NCBI GenBank assembly: GCA_040285825.1
Contig: JAUPSS010000008.1
Span: forward strand, 372,001-436,000
Length of the DNA: 64,000 bases
From: Eukaryota sp. TZLM1-RC
Lineage: Eukaryota; Protista; Metamonada: BaSk clade
Reading direction: 5' to 3'
A model generated the notes under the pieces. The model did not search any database and was not told where the DNA came from. It saw only the letters and a program-made list of their open reading frames with translations. Numbering within the stretch: the first letter of the stretch is position 1; each line of letters starts with the position of its first letter. Shown in pieces: positions 22,853-34,689 of this stretch. The translations under genes were made by a program, and so were the position numbers.

Positions 22853-25252
22853 ACCTAGTTTATGAACCTAGTTTATGAAGTGAGGGGAAATTGTGGGAAT
22901 AGTGAAAACCTCCCAAAACCAAGTTGAGGGTTAAAAACCTCCCAGAACAGGCAACCAGAAGTCGAACATGGGGTGACAAGTGTAAAATTTGATAGATGAG
23001 CTCTTTATTCTCACTACATGACAGACACCCACTCTGTGTAACGTGTATTCACTCGGTCTTGTGCACTTAACTCGCTGCTGGCCCCTGCAGTGGTGCAACA
23101 AATTCGGACTGACCTTCCTTTGGTCACCGAGATTTGTCATGAAGCTTCTTTATTGCTTCAATCTTTTTTTTAAATTTTCCGTTGGCATGTAGAGCTTTAA
23201 TGGAACAGGATGTAAGTTATCTGTTTATGACCGTCATCACCACTGGTTGTTTTCCAAAGCCATCCACCTCTGAAGGCCAACGCAATTACTCCATATCTTT
23301 TACAGAGGATTTCTTCCTGAATGCCCACAAGACAGGGCTCTTGTTTCTTCATGGGAAAATTCTTTAGTGCCTTATAAAAATTCATTCAATCTTTATCTCA
23401 ATGCTTGGCTGCAGTCTCAGAAATTTAACTTTTTCAATAGAAAAGGGCTTTCTCCTTACCTTGCTTGTCGGGCTCGTCAATTGGCGTCTAACGTGAAGAC
23501 AAGTTTACCTAAAATTTGTCAATCTTGGACAAAAAACTTTATTCGTGCTCATTGTAGAGCTTTAGATAAAACGAATGTCTGTGCCAATAATCTTCTCTCT
23601 CTTTTACCAGATAAACCCTTAGCCCAACCCGAAGAAGTAGTTGTTGATTTTCTTCTCGAACACTACATCAATTTCAATCTGAATAATTCAAGAGAAAGAT
23701 TCTTTTTATTAAATGCATGTAAGTTTATCTTGAATCTCCTTCAAAGATTTCCTGCCACTGTTTCTCTACTGTACTGTCTTCACGTGATAAAATCACCTTT
23801 TCATCAAAGGAAATTGGTGAGCTTTTTCTCTTTAATCTTAAAATTTCATACTTACTCACTTTCTTTTCTCATATGCATTGCTGGAAGAAATTTAGAATGA
23901 TACCTTTAGCCTCTCATAAAGGTTCTAAATTTATTGAGGTTCCTTCACATGTTTTCCACTATGTGAAAAAACTTCCACTTATTGAAGGATCATCTTCCAA
24001 AACAAAGTTTATCAAAAATACATGTCTACAACGAATATTCAAACAATGCCCATACCAAAAATATAATATCAACAGAAAAAGTTTGAAAAATAGATTTAAA
24101 GAAATTTTATTGAAAACTAATGGTAATGAACTGCTTTTGACCTTTGAAGGTAAAAATAATGACTCAAAAAGCACAGATGAGCTGGATGAACCACCGAAAA
24201 AGAAACGAAGATTGAAGAAAGTAATGAAAAGTGACCCCGATGCTAACAAAACCAGAGAAGCACGGTTGAAGGGCACTAAAAAATGCCCCGTCGAAGACAC
24301 AGACATTCAGTCAAAATTTTACCTGAAAGGCCCCTTATTGGCGTTTATCTGGGCCGATCTAGATTATGTGGTTACTTCTTAAATGATAATCAATGTGGAG
24401 TTATCCCTTGTCCAACTGGCAGAAGATACATGACAAAACCTTCACCCACTAAACACTCTCCCAACCAATATTCCGTTCAAAATTTCAACCAATATTTGAA
24501 CCATTGGAATTTGGTCAGGAAGAAAATGTAATTCGGAAAGTAATCGCCAGAAATGGAAAATAATTAAATTTGGTAACCGCAGACGAAAAGAGAGACAGTT
24601 CAGAGAAAGAGAGTCTCAACAAATTTCAAAGGCTGGCTGGGCATCCTGAAAAACTTTATCTTGCTGTGGGTTCCGCTAATTTCCCTTCTCATTGCCGAAA
24701 AGTCAATCGATATGGATCAGCAAGGTCTTTCAGAAAATGGTTGTGTTATCAAAAGGACGTGAAGCACTTGTCAACCAGTGAATTTAATACAAGCAAAATG
24801 TCAAGTTGTTGCATGGCCGAGAATATTCAAGCAGGGTCATGGCAGATGCGTATTTGTACTGAGTGTCAAATAGTATATGACAGAGATATTTCCGCTGCAA
24901 AAAATATTCAAATTAAGAAGAAAGCGGAATCGTGGCCGGAAAGATACATTTGCCCAGATGCTCTGTTGAGAAGATGAATGGGGAACCTGAGCATACAGAA
25001 ACAAAAACTTTTGAGACCGATCTACAAATGCCCTAGTAGCATTTGGTAGATACATCAAGTCGCAAGGCTTTGTTCTGTGAAAGCAGTAGGTGTATTTAAG
25101 TGAGGTAGCCCATTGATGAAGATCATGATTGTCTTTGTCAAATGATGCTACATGTCTCTTACAGCCTGTGAGTAGACACTGAGGGAGTTGAAAACAGGAG
25201 TGAATTTCACAGGGGAATGCATGATAAGTGAAATTCACAGCAGGAAGAACTA
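22853..25252 (+). mobile_element. Non-autonomous Fanzor1 element, family 1 copy 2 (pseudogene ~22968-24977)
   Basis: ORF 24570-24977: LYLAVGSANF..SEFNTSKMSSCC..CTECQIVYDRDISAAKNI (RuvC E, Zn finger, RuvC-III); RuvC-I degenerate (IGVYLG); no transposase. Confidence 0.9.
24978..25252 (+). ncRNA. Candidate Fanzor omegaRNA scaffold (copy 2)
   Basis: Stems tctacaaatgc/gcatttggtaga (25021-25050), aagtc-GCAA-ggctt (25057-25070), gtgaatttcac/gtgaaattcac (25200-25238). Confidence 0.6.
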
Positions 25253-25273
25253 AGGAAAATAAATCACCTGAAT

Positions 25274-25409
25274 TGTTGTACTGTGGACAATTAGCCTAGT
25301 ACATTTATATTTATATAACATAGTTCACTAGTGATGGCCTTTATAAGGGTCGGTGAAATTCTAATAAATTATTCCTTATTCTTTGTTATCATATATGGAT
25401 AAAGCATCA
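25274..25409 (+). repeat. 5' LTR
   Basis: tgttgtactg..aaagcatca, repeated at 31041-31176. Confidence 0.95.
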
Positions 25410-26737
25410 TTAATTAATGGCCTGAAAAGCCACAATGATAACCCTCCTGCCTCTCTTAGGAAGAGTAATGTTCTTTGAAGGAGAACAATCCACCACCACC
25501 CACGGTGAGTAAACCTCCCTTGACGGAGAGTAGCCCTTCCTTCGGGGAGAGAGCGTCCCCTCAAAATGAGAGTAACCATGGGACCTTTTCCCCGGGTACG
25601 ACCCCAATAACATGCTTCCTAATGGAGCAAAGCTCGTACCGGGTAAAGGAACTAACACTGAGCTTTTCGTAAAGCCAGTTGATGGGGAAGGCACGGATTC
25701 CTCGAATCCAAACCCTCCTCCTTCTGATACTGGTAAACCTAAAGAAGAAGATCAGCCAGTTACTACAGTTACATCTCAGCAGGGCAAGGACGACCCTAAC
25801 GACGGTGACGGTGACGGGAATGGTGATGAACCACCCAGACGCCCATCCTCCTCTGCAGATTGGACAGATACGGAATACCGCACCTCTCAAGAGTGGTACC
25901 GTAAACAATTAAGAGAGAAGGTAACCCTTGTCGTTCAGGAGTTCCCCCTAAATATTCGAGCCAATCCACCCGATGATATTAGGGATTGGAGTGATGACGA
26001 ATTCGTCAAGGCCATTCAGACAGAGGCACATATTCTCTCGGAAGTCCAGTTACGTAGGTGACAGGGACGAATTTCTAAAGAAAAGATGGCCCTTCCTCTT
26101 TGGTAGCTCGCGTGGTTATACCATGGGCGATGTAGTTCACCAAGAACAAGATCAAAGCCCGGATATGTTGACTAGGTTAGATCAATGTTCTGAAAGTGCA
26201 GTCCAATTTGTAGCAGAAGATCCTGAGAATTGTTACTTCGACAACCCACGTTCGAAATACCAGGCTGCTACTCCAAAACCACAGTGTTGGCACAGAGATG
26301 CCATTCCTGATCAACGGATCCGTGCTAGGAATCATTATTCCGGAGGCAACGAGTTGGAAAATGATCGGATGTTTTGGATTGCCAAAATGTACCCTCATCA
26401 CCATGCAGGCCGTATGATGAGAGGAACAGTAAGACACTTCCTTGTTGAAAACATTCATCCAAGTGATAGAATTACAGATGTGTTAATGCTATTAGGTAGT
26501 ATGTTTGTTGCTGATCGCGGAGATACAATTCAATTTCACCGCAAGGAAACCTTTGTGAGAACAAAGGGAACCAAGATCATCGAATTAATTGAACAACGAG
26601 TAGGACCTAATAAGATAAAACTGGTTTATCCAGATCCTTGGATAGTTAAGCTCAAAGCTTGGGTTGACAGCTACCCAGATCAGAGAGTTTTTGAAAACAT
26701 CCTGGTCAAAAGTAGTTGCCTCCCTCAATAACATCAT

Positions 26738-28147
26738 GTGGATGGAGTCCCTCAAGGTTCTAAAGATGCTCCAGATTGGGCCACTTTTAAACCTGATACT
26801 CAGAAGTTGCCTGAGCAGGATGATCCACCCAAACATCGTCAAATCCTAGACTTGAGCGAGATGTTACCATCTGAAGAAGCAAATCAATTGTTATTCTCGA
26901 CTCCTTCAGTAGCACCGTATCTAGGAAGAAGACGATCATCTGCACAAGCTTCTGGACAGAGTACTCCTGTCCCCCCCCCCACTATTCCCTTGGTAGCTAG
27001 TAGTCCTTCAACTAACATACCAAGAGATCCTTTAGTTCTTTCCTCTGGTGTATACAACAAACCATTCACTGATGAAGAAAAGCTCATCAAGAAAATAGAA
27101 GAAAGGAAAAGACAACTAAAGAAACTGGATGATGGTTTTGATTCCAAGAAAATTTTCGATTTTGTGGTAAATTTTGCGAATTGGGCTAAAACCAAAAGGG
27201 ACCGAGATGGACCTATTAGACCTTTTCAGCCGATCACCAAATATGGGGAGCCAATCCACGAATTTGATTTCGTACGTTCGATGTTTTATGAAGTCGACCC
27301 CCTATATTTGAGCGAAATGATCGAGGGCACAGTTATGGACCAATGGAAAACTCGTCTTGGAGGTCGCAAAGAACCTTTAGATAGGAATGCAACCGACCAC
27401 GAGATTTGGGAATTTTTGCTATTTAGCACCCAATACAGAACAATTTCTGAAGTTCATGCTGCTATATCAGCCACAAAACCACCCGAGATTAGTCGCAAAT
27501 CTGCGGAGGTAATTTGGAACACTTTCATCCAACAATTTGTTTATATCATAAGACGGTCAACCGCTATGCCGGGAACCGATGGGCAGCCCTCAATTGTTTA
27601 CCCTGCTAGATTTATTCTACAGGAGATCAATAAGAAGACTAACAACCAACTTGTCATTACCTACGCAATTTGGATTGACGAATTTCCGCCAGGAAAGAAA
27701 AATGTTAGGAAACTTAGTGTTGCGATATACGATTTAGGGCAAGCCTTTACCCAAAAGATGACAGAATACCAAAATTTGGAACTGTCCAATGTTAAAATAT
27801 TATTTGGGAATAAACCTTCGTTTAGAGGACCTAGCCAGTCAAGAGGTCTCTCCAGAGGTCATCCTAGAGAATTTAGAGGTGGCGGTAGAGGTAAACATCA
27901 TCCCAAGCAAACCCCATCTGGGCAATGGTGCGGCATCTGTAATACAGATAAACATGCTGCAGAAAAATGCTTCTCCGTCGTTGGCAGACCCGGAAGTAAG
28001 AAACGAAGAGGAGGAGACGGTAGTAAACGTGGTAACGTAGTTAATAAATCCGATGAATATTCATCTTTTAATCTTACTAATAATTCCTGCAATTCCATTA
28101 ATAAGATGAGCAAAATTGACTCGAATTATAAACACCTAAATCCTTGA
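26738..28147 (+). pseudogene. gag: gag (CCHC nucleocapsid), in frame with upstream ORF 25973-26731 and downstream pol
   Basis: CGICNTDKHAAEKC knuckle; homologous to Gag at 61572 (YGEPIHEFD vs YGNPLHEWD). Confidence 0.85.
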
Positions 28148-28174
28148 AAAAGATTTAGAGATTCATCCAATCCT

Positions 28175-31040
28175 GTGGGTTCTATCCACAGTGTTAGACT
28201 ATCCAGGGTGACAGGAGACCAAGTAAGTTCTAACGGGGAACTCTGGTTGACCTGCTCAATAAATAACGTGGAAGTACAAGGCGAAATCGATAATGGAGCT
28301 GCATTCTCAGCATTATCGATGGATCTAGCCTTAAAATGTCGAATGACAAATGACGAGAATAAAACCGTCGAATACCTATCGGCAAATGGTATTCCCTCCA
28401 CGACCCTAGGAAGTGCGAATGGTGTTCTTGCTCTCAATGTGGGTAGCTTGGCCACTCATGTGTATTTAAGGATCGAATTCCAGATCATACCTGGTACCAA
28501 TAATTTTTTGATTGGAAGAGACCTTTTACAAACCTTGGGGCTGCGCACGGAGCACGGTATTAATATTAGTTTAGACCGCGAACATCGCACCATCTTGAAT
28601 GCAGAATGTGAGTTTGATGACAGAATCTGTCAACCTGTTAATTGTATTGATTTAATAGAGAATAAAACTATATTAGGTAATAGTATTGGGCACTCCACAT
28701 TCAAACATTATTTAGATGAGTTGGGCTGTAGAATATGCCTGGATGACATTAGGGACGAGGAACGCCTAGTCTTGCTACTAGAAGAATACAGAGATGTGTT
28801 CAGTGGGCTATCTCACCCGGATGGAATTGATTCTCAGCCGATGACCATTCCATTTTATGACGAAAGTAAGGTCGTCAAAAAGAAACCTCGAAGATTAAAC
28901 CCAGAAAAACAACGGGTAGCCGAGGACATTTTTAACGAATTGATCCGTAATGGATTTGCTGTGTCCGCAAAGTCTCAATTCAGTAGTCCCATCTGTCTTG
29001 TGATTTACCCTGATCACAGGAAACCACGATTAACTGGCGATTTTAGTGGTATTGGTGGAGTAAATGATTTAACTAAACCTGTAAAGGCAAATTTGCCCAG
29101 GATTAGCGACATTTTAGAGTTTCTAAGTAAAGCTAATTATATAGCAACTCTAGATTTACCTAAGGCATTTTGGAAGCTCAAAATTGCAGAAGAGGATATT
29201 GATAAAACTACCGTATCAATTCCCGGGATGTCGATCAGTTTTAAAAGGGCTTGTTTTGGTTTGAAGAACGTTCCTGCAGTCTTCCAAAACATGATGATGG
29301 AAATATTTGATTCTGAGGGCGTATTTATTTATATCGATGATATAATAATAGTAGCTTCGACCCTGGATGAATTTCTATCTAGAGTAGGTACGGTCCTAGA
29401 ACGCGCCAAACGTTTTAGAGTTAACCTTGGCCTACCCAAGTGTAGCTTTACCACTTGCAAACATGAAATAAAAATTCTAGGTAGTATTTTTGTAAACAAA
29501 ACCCGTCATATAGATGAATCTAGGATTGAGGGACTGATCAACATACCCAAACCCAGGACATTACCTGAAGTTAGGAGTTTTATAGGATCGATCAATTATA
29601 TACGTGACTGGTTGCCAAATTTGTCTGACTTGATAGAACCAATCAACAAATTAACCAGAAACAAACCGTCAAAAATCAAGTGGACTCCTGATCATGACGA
29701 GGCTTTTGGTAAGATTATAAATCTTATCAAAGCAAATATCCCTCTTGAATTGCCCTCAGAAGACAAGCATATTTTAATAAGTGCTGACGCGTCCGATGTG
29801 GCTGTAGGTGGAGTAATATGGCAAGAAGCTAACCCACCTAAAGATCCTACGACACCGCTAATTAAGAGAAAGGTTGTACCTATTGTCTTCTTTAGCAGAT
29901 TATTATCAACTTCACAAAAGAATTGGTCTGTACTTCAGAAAGAGTTGCATGCAATTTTACTAATTCTCACTGACAGTAGTTTAGAAAATTAAATATTTTC
30001 GAGGAAATTAACTATTTCCACTGATCATAGAAATTTAGCATACCTCATATCAGCTCCTGAAAAGAACAGAATTGTGAAGAGGTGGCTACCAATATTGTCA
30101 GAATTCAATTTTGATGTAGTCCACACTGCAGGCGAGGAGAATTATTGGGCAGACATGTTGTCTAGATTGGTTGACACCAAACCCAAAACTGCTCGAGTCC
30201 AACAAGTGAGAAACTTGACACCTCACAGAGTTGAAGAACAAATACCCTATTTAAATTTATTAACTAGAGTTAATTTGTTAAGGGATGATATTACTCAACC
30301 GTCCACAATTGAGCTACCCACGATCAATAGCTTATCTGCACTGAACGAAGCAGTTGAGGATACTAAATTTGATTTATCTTAGTAATATGTTTGAATCAAT
30401 AAAATCAGCTAATGTTAATATTCCCTTTGTTAAAGATCTTGAAGCAAAACTTGAAAGGATTTCAAAGAAGAGAGAAGAGGCAGAGCTTAGGCAAGCTCAA
30501 CAACTGCCTGAAGTTAACAAACATAGGAACCCTTTTAATAAAGGTGACTTAGTTTTGCGATTAAAGACTAATGGTAAACTCCATGGTTGCTTCGCTGACC
30601 CTTTTCTCGTTGAAGAAGTTAAATCCAATAAAAGTTTATTACTCAAGAATCTTGTCACTGGTTCGATGTCTACGGCATGTATAAATCATTGTAAACTATA
30701 CCTTTCAGACTTCCCTAAAGAAGATCTTGATTGGCATAAGAATATTGCTGCTGGCGATATGGAAGAATCTGTAATCGTTAAAATTATAGATCACTTTGAT
30801 TACGTAGATTCGAACAATAATAAAGTTCCTTATTGTACCGCAGTTTGGTATGGCGGCGAGACTTCGTCTGTCCCAGTTGCTGACGTTAAAAGCACTGAGG
30901 CATATCAAACATATTTGCGCTCTATTAGTCCTCACACTACCAGGAAACGGAAGGTATCTTCTAATTCCAAATCTAAGACTAATTCCCCTGCAGTGAGTAC
31001 TCGTAGCTCTCGTTCGAGATCTAAGAGAGATAAAAGGTAG
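28175..31040 (+). pseudogene. pol: pol: protease, RT, RNase H, then integrase C-terminus with chromodomain-like tail
   Basis: IDNGA protease; LDL..AF, FGLKN.P, YIDD RT; DAS, ELHAI, TDHRNL RNase H; F..GDLV..KL..DPF motif; KIIDH..VWYGGETS; no DDE core. Confidence 0.9.
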
Positions 31041-31176
31041 TGTTGTACTGTGGACAATTAGTCTAGTACATTTATATTTATATAACATAGTTCACTAGTG
31101 ATGGCCTTCATAAGGGCCGGTGAAATTCTAATAAATTATTCCTTATTCTTTGTTATCATATATGGATAAAGCATCA
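31041..31176 (+). repeat. 3' LTR
   Basis: Direct repeat of 25274-25409 preceded by aagagagataaaaggtag. Confidence 0.95.
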
Positions 31177-31549
31177 GAATGAACAAAAAATAACCGAAAC
31201 AAAAACAATGCAAAATGGGTTCTTGGGTGGTTACTCTGTCAAAACAGTTAATGTGGAATATACTGGAGTAGAGATACCAATAGAACAATTAATATTTACA
31301 ACAATACTTATTCCCATATTCAAGGCACAAATGAGAACATCAATGATCGTCAACAATTGCCGAATGATAAGTGTCTACAATAGTTTTATACTTTGAAAAT
31401 AAAATTTTATCAGGTAAAATCAGTTTTTTAGAGACGACCGAAACATACAACTAAATATACAAAACTGTCTAAACACACAAAACTCAAACAAGACAATTCT
31501 TCTAAAGATCACAATGTAAATCCACAAGTTACAAATTACATTTGATCCT

Positions 31550-32870
31550 GATTCCACTGATAGTCTCCCGTTTATCGAAAATGGGAAAGCAATAGAAAGT
31601 AGTGGTGTATTTCTACCAGCATTTGCCTCTTCGATATCTTTGTCATATTTTCTATGTTTCGCTTTGGCTTTAATTTCAACAGCATCTACAGGACACAATC
31701 TTTTTCTTGGAAAAAAGTGTCATTTGCAACATCACATGGGACATAGTCAACAACAGCTTCAGATTTCTCAATCCAATCACAATATATATCACCTCTGTCA
31801 TCAGAACCGAAATTATTCAAGTGTGTCTTTCAGCAGAGGCTCTTTGATACACGAGATTCTTGCAGTTCGTGCCATATTAAACACAATGTCTCTAACATCA
31901 TTATGTAATGAAGAATGATAAGTATTTCCATTTCGAACAGTTCAGAGCATAAGGCAAAGTGAGCTGTGGTGAATTCGAACAAATACATTATTGTTTTAGT
32001 AATAATTGATTAATGGGAATATTCAAATATAATCTCATTTTTGTTACAAACGCTTCATTATTAGCACACAGTCCAAATCTTTGTGACACAATGGTCACAA
32101 AAAGTGAAGAATCTGACGACTTGTTTTCACAAACACCTTTTTCCAATAACAATGAGTGAAGAGCTTGATTTAAAACAGCTGAGCTGCAAATATTTTTATG
32201 AATATTTTTATTTTTTTTATAATATTTGTATATTTTTTGTTTGACTACATTTTCATACATTACAGTCAGTCGTGTTGGTAACGTTCAAAGAGTGTTTTTT
32301 AAATTTTTATAATCCTTTTCGGGTGCATTGTCATTGAGTGATTGGGGAAAGTATCGATTCCATTTTCTACATCAATTTTGGAAATGTTCTCAGTTAAAGC
32401 AGTAAAAATTGAGTTTCGGGTTATGCATTCGTACTGGAAGAGTTTTTGACAAGAGTTTTTGGCAAAACAGAATTGTATTTTCAATTTTCAAAGGTGGTGT
32501 TCCCTTATTATCTTCAGCTTTGTTATCTCTTGGACGCGTTTATGAAAGAAAAACCTTTAGTCAATTCTTCTTGGCTGATTTGGGTTATGAAGACATGAAA
32601 TTTTAACCCTGTCGTATATTTTGTTTTTGTTGGAATAAATAAAAATATATATATAAAAAGGTTATGCATTCGTGGTTAATACATCTTCCCAATCTGCAAT
32701 TCTTTCGGAAAACTCAAATAATACATTTCTGCACCCACCGATAAAAGCACACGAAGTAAGAATTGACGCTTTTGTCCAACCTAAACCGCCATTATGTGGA
32801 CTAAGATAAGCATGATCTGGAATTTGGGACAGTTTATATCCTAATAATTGTGACAAAACTTTTGCACGTC
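31550..32870 (-). mobile_element. Older degenerate CRE family A-like copy containing a nested family B-like 3' fragment (32433-32659, + strand)
   Basis: KAKAKHRKY, LLLEKGVCEN, PDHAYLSPH fragments; nested piece FWQNRIVFSIFKG flanked by ggttatgcattcgt at 32419-32432 and 32660-32673. Confidence 0.85.
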
Positions 32871-33899
32871 ATTGGTTGAAGAGGCGTATGTACAATCTCT
32901 TCGTTAAACTAACTTCAGAAGGAAATCGTGGTGGAACGCTTCTGACAGTATGGGTTACCCTTCATAGAGACACATCTGCGTGTAAGAAATTGGACCACTG
33001 TTTAATACTTGCCTAATGAGTCCCCTGTTGATAGCTGCGCTGTCCAAGACAGTATATGTGGCATCATCATAACTCTTACAATGGCAAGTCACACCGTTGT
33101 TGTTGAAGAGCAAAGTGTCAATCTAGTGTTCTTGTTTTAGCTTGAAAAAGCAGTATCAGATGTGATTCCTAGGACAATAAAAAATTAACTGACTGAATGA
33201 CATATGAACACGATTATTGTGAATTGTCAGAGGTAACATTGTTTTTGTTGAATCTCACGTTGAATTCTCAAGGATACAAAGTCTTCACTTGCAATTGAAA
33301 GAACTTGGAAATATGAATGAACAAAATTGGGTTGGAAAATCTCAGCCTTGATGAAAGATATACTTAGATGGGGATGCAACCGTGGTGCTCTGCAATCAAA
33401 TTGAATCAATGTTCATCCATTACTTTAAGTTGGTTGAAATGAATTTCAGATACAAAATTCTGAATTTTATTTAATTAAAAAATGATCTGCATCGAGGAAG
33501 GCATTATGAAGAAGTCAGCCTTTAAGAAGTCAGCTTATGTAATTGTGATTGATGCATTTTAATAGGGTTTCATTTCAAATGTTGAAAATCAAATCGACCA
33601 CACAATTGAAGGTCAATATATTCGAAAATACCAAATCCGTCATCAGAGGTTTTTTGAATTATTTTTCAAACATTTCTCGAATCTTCTTAGAGTCCTCAAT
33701 TGTTTTGAATTAATAGCAGTAATAACCAGTGGTAATCAATTAACTTATTTTTAACTGGGTGAAGAATTTGCTGACGTGATCATAAGGTCCATCTCTATAT
33801 ATGTAAAAAAAAGTATCGTTTTTTGATGGTAATTTAGAAGAGTAATTCATATACATTTATAATACAAAAATCAGAATTAATAATAGAATTTGAAATTAA

Positions 33900-34604
33900 T
33901 CAATGGGATCGGGCTTTCTCAACATAATCTTCAACAATATCAATTCCTACACTATCAATACCAAAGTCATTGGCGGCTTTCAGAGAACTTCCAGTGCCAC
34001 AGAAGGGGTCGAACATAGAGGTAACGCCATTAGTAACAAAAAACTGCATTACATCTGAAATAACATCCAAATAGAAGCCTTTAACCCAGCTCTTTTCTCT
34101 TTGCGGATCAATTACATCGGTCAAAAACTCAGGAATGTTGGTGTAAGAGTTGTTCTGCTTCTGCATGATGATTAAATTGGAATAATTACAATAATGGGTG
34201 GACTTTCTTGTTGGATTGTCATTCAGGACAACTTTGCTCTGAAGCAAGTGAAAGCCAAGTGAAGAAGCTTTCGAAATTAGCCAGGTCGCCTTGTCAATGA
34301 AGTGAAGTTTGTTGTCTTCTGTCCAGTAACGAGGAGTGAAGATTGCTACCAAAAAGTCGTTCTTAACAAGCTTATGACTAGCAAGTTCGAGTGCTTGATT
34401 GAAGAAAGTTTTGTATTTAAGTATTGAGTTAAACTGAGCAAAAACTTCTGCAATATCTGGAGGAGAAAAGATGAGAGATCCAGCAAACGAAAGGGATGGG
34501 TCCTTAAGCAGTGTCAAAGAATCACCACAATGAACCGTACGATGACAATGGCTAACACGACAGGACTTTGATGATTGGTAGTTATGTGATGATGTTCGAT
34601 ACAT
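33900..34604 (-). CDS. Beta-class amino (N4C/N6A)-type DNA methyltransferase-like protein
   Basis: HCGDSL..IFSPPD (motif IV variant) N-terminal; MFDPFCGTGSSLKAA..SVGIDI (SAM-binding motif I) C-terminal; intact, first ATG at 34604. Confidence 0.8.
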   Translation of the reverse strand: MYRTSSHNYQSSKSCRVSHCHRTVHCGDSLTLLKDPSLSFAGSLIFSPPDIAEVFAQFNSILKYKTFFNQALELASHKLVKNDFLVAIFTPRYWTEDNKLHFIDKATWLISKASSLGFHLLQSKVVLNDNPTRKSTHYCNYSNLIIMQKQNNSYTNIPEFLTDVIDPQREKSWVKGFYLDVISDVMQFFVTNGVTSMFDPFCGTGSSLKAANDFGIDSVGIDIVEDYVEKARSH

Positions 34605-34689
34605 TGAACGGGGATTATCCAAATATTTAAATTTAATTTGTTGTTATCACATATTTTTATTCAAAACTTATAAATCAACATCTAAAAAA

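Larger units (their letters stand above)
25274..31176 (+). mobile_element. Ty3/gypsy (chromovirus-like) LTR retrotransposon with integrase core deleted
   Basis: 136-bp TG..CA LTRs differing at 3 positions; 4-bp TSD gaat; purine tract before the 3' LTR; gag-PR-RT-RH order. Confidence 0.95.

Noticed and set aside
26729-29992. Alternative genetic code suggested by in-frame stops in gag-pol
   Set aside because: Host genes end normally in TAA, TAG and TGA and have no internal stops; the stops are confined to mobile elements
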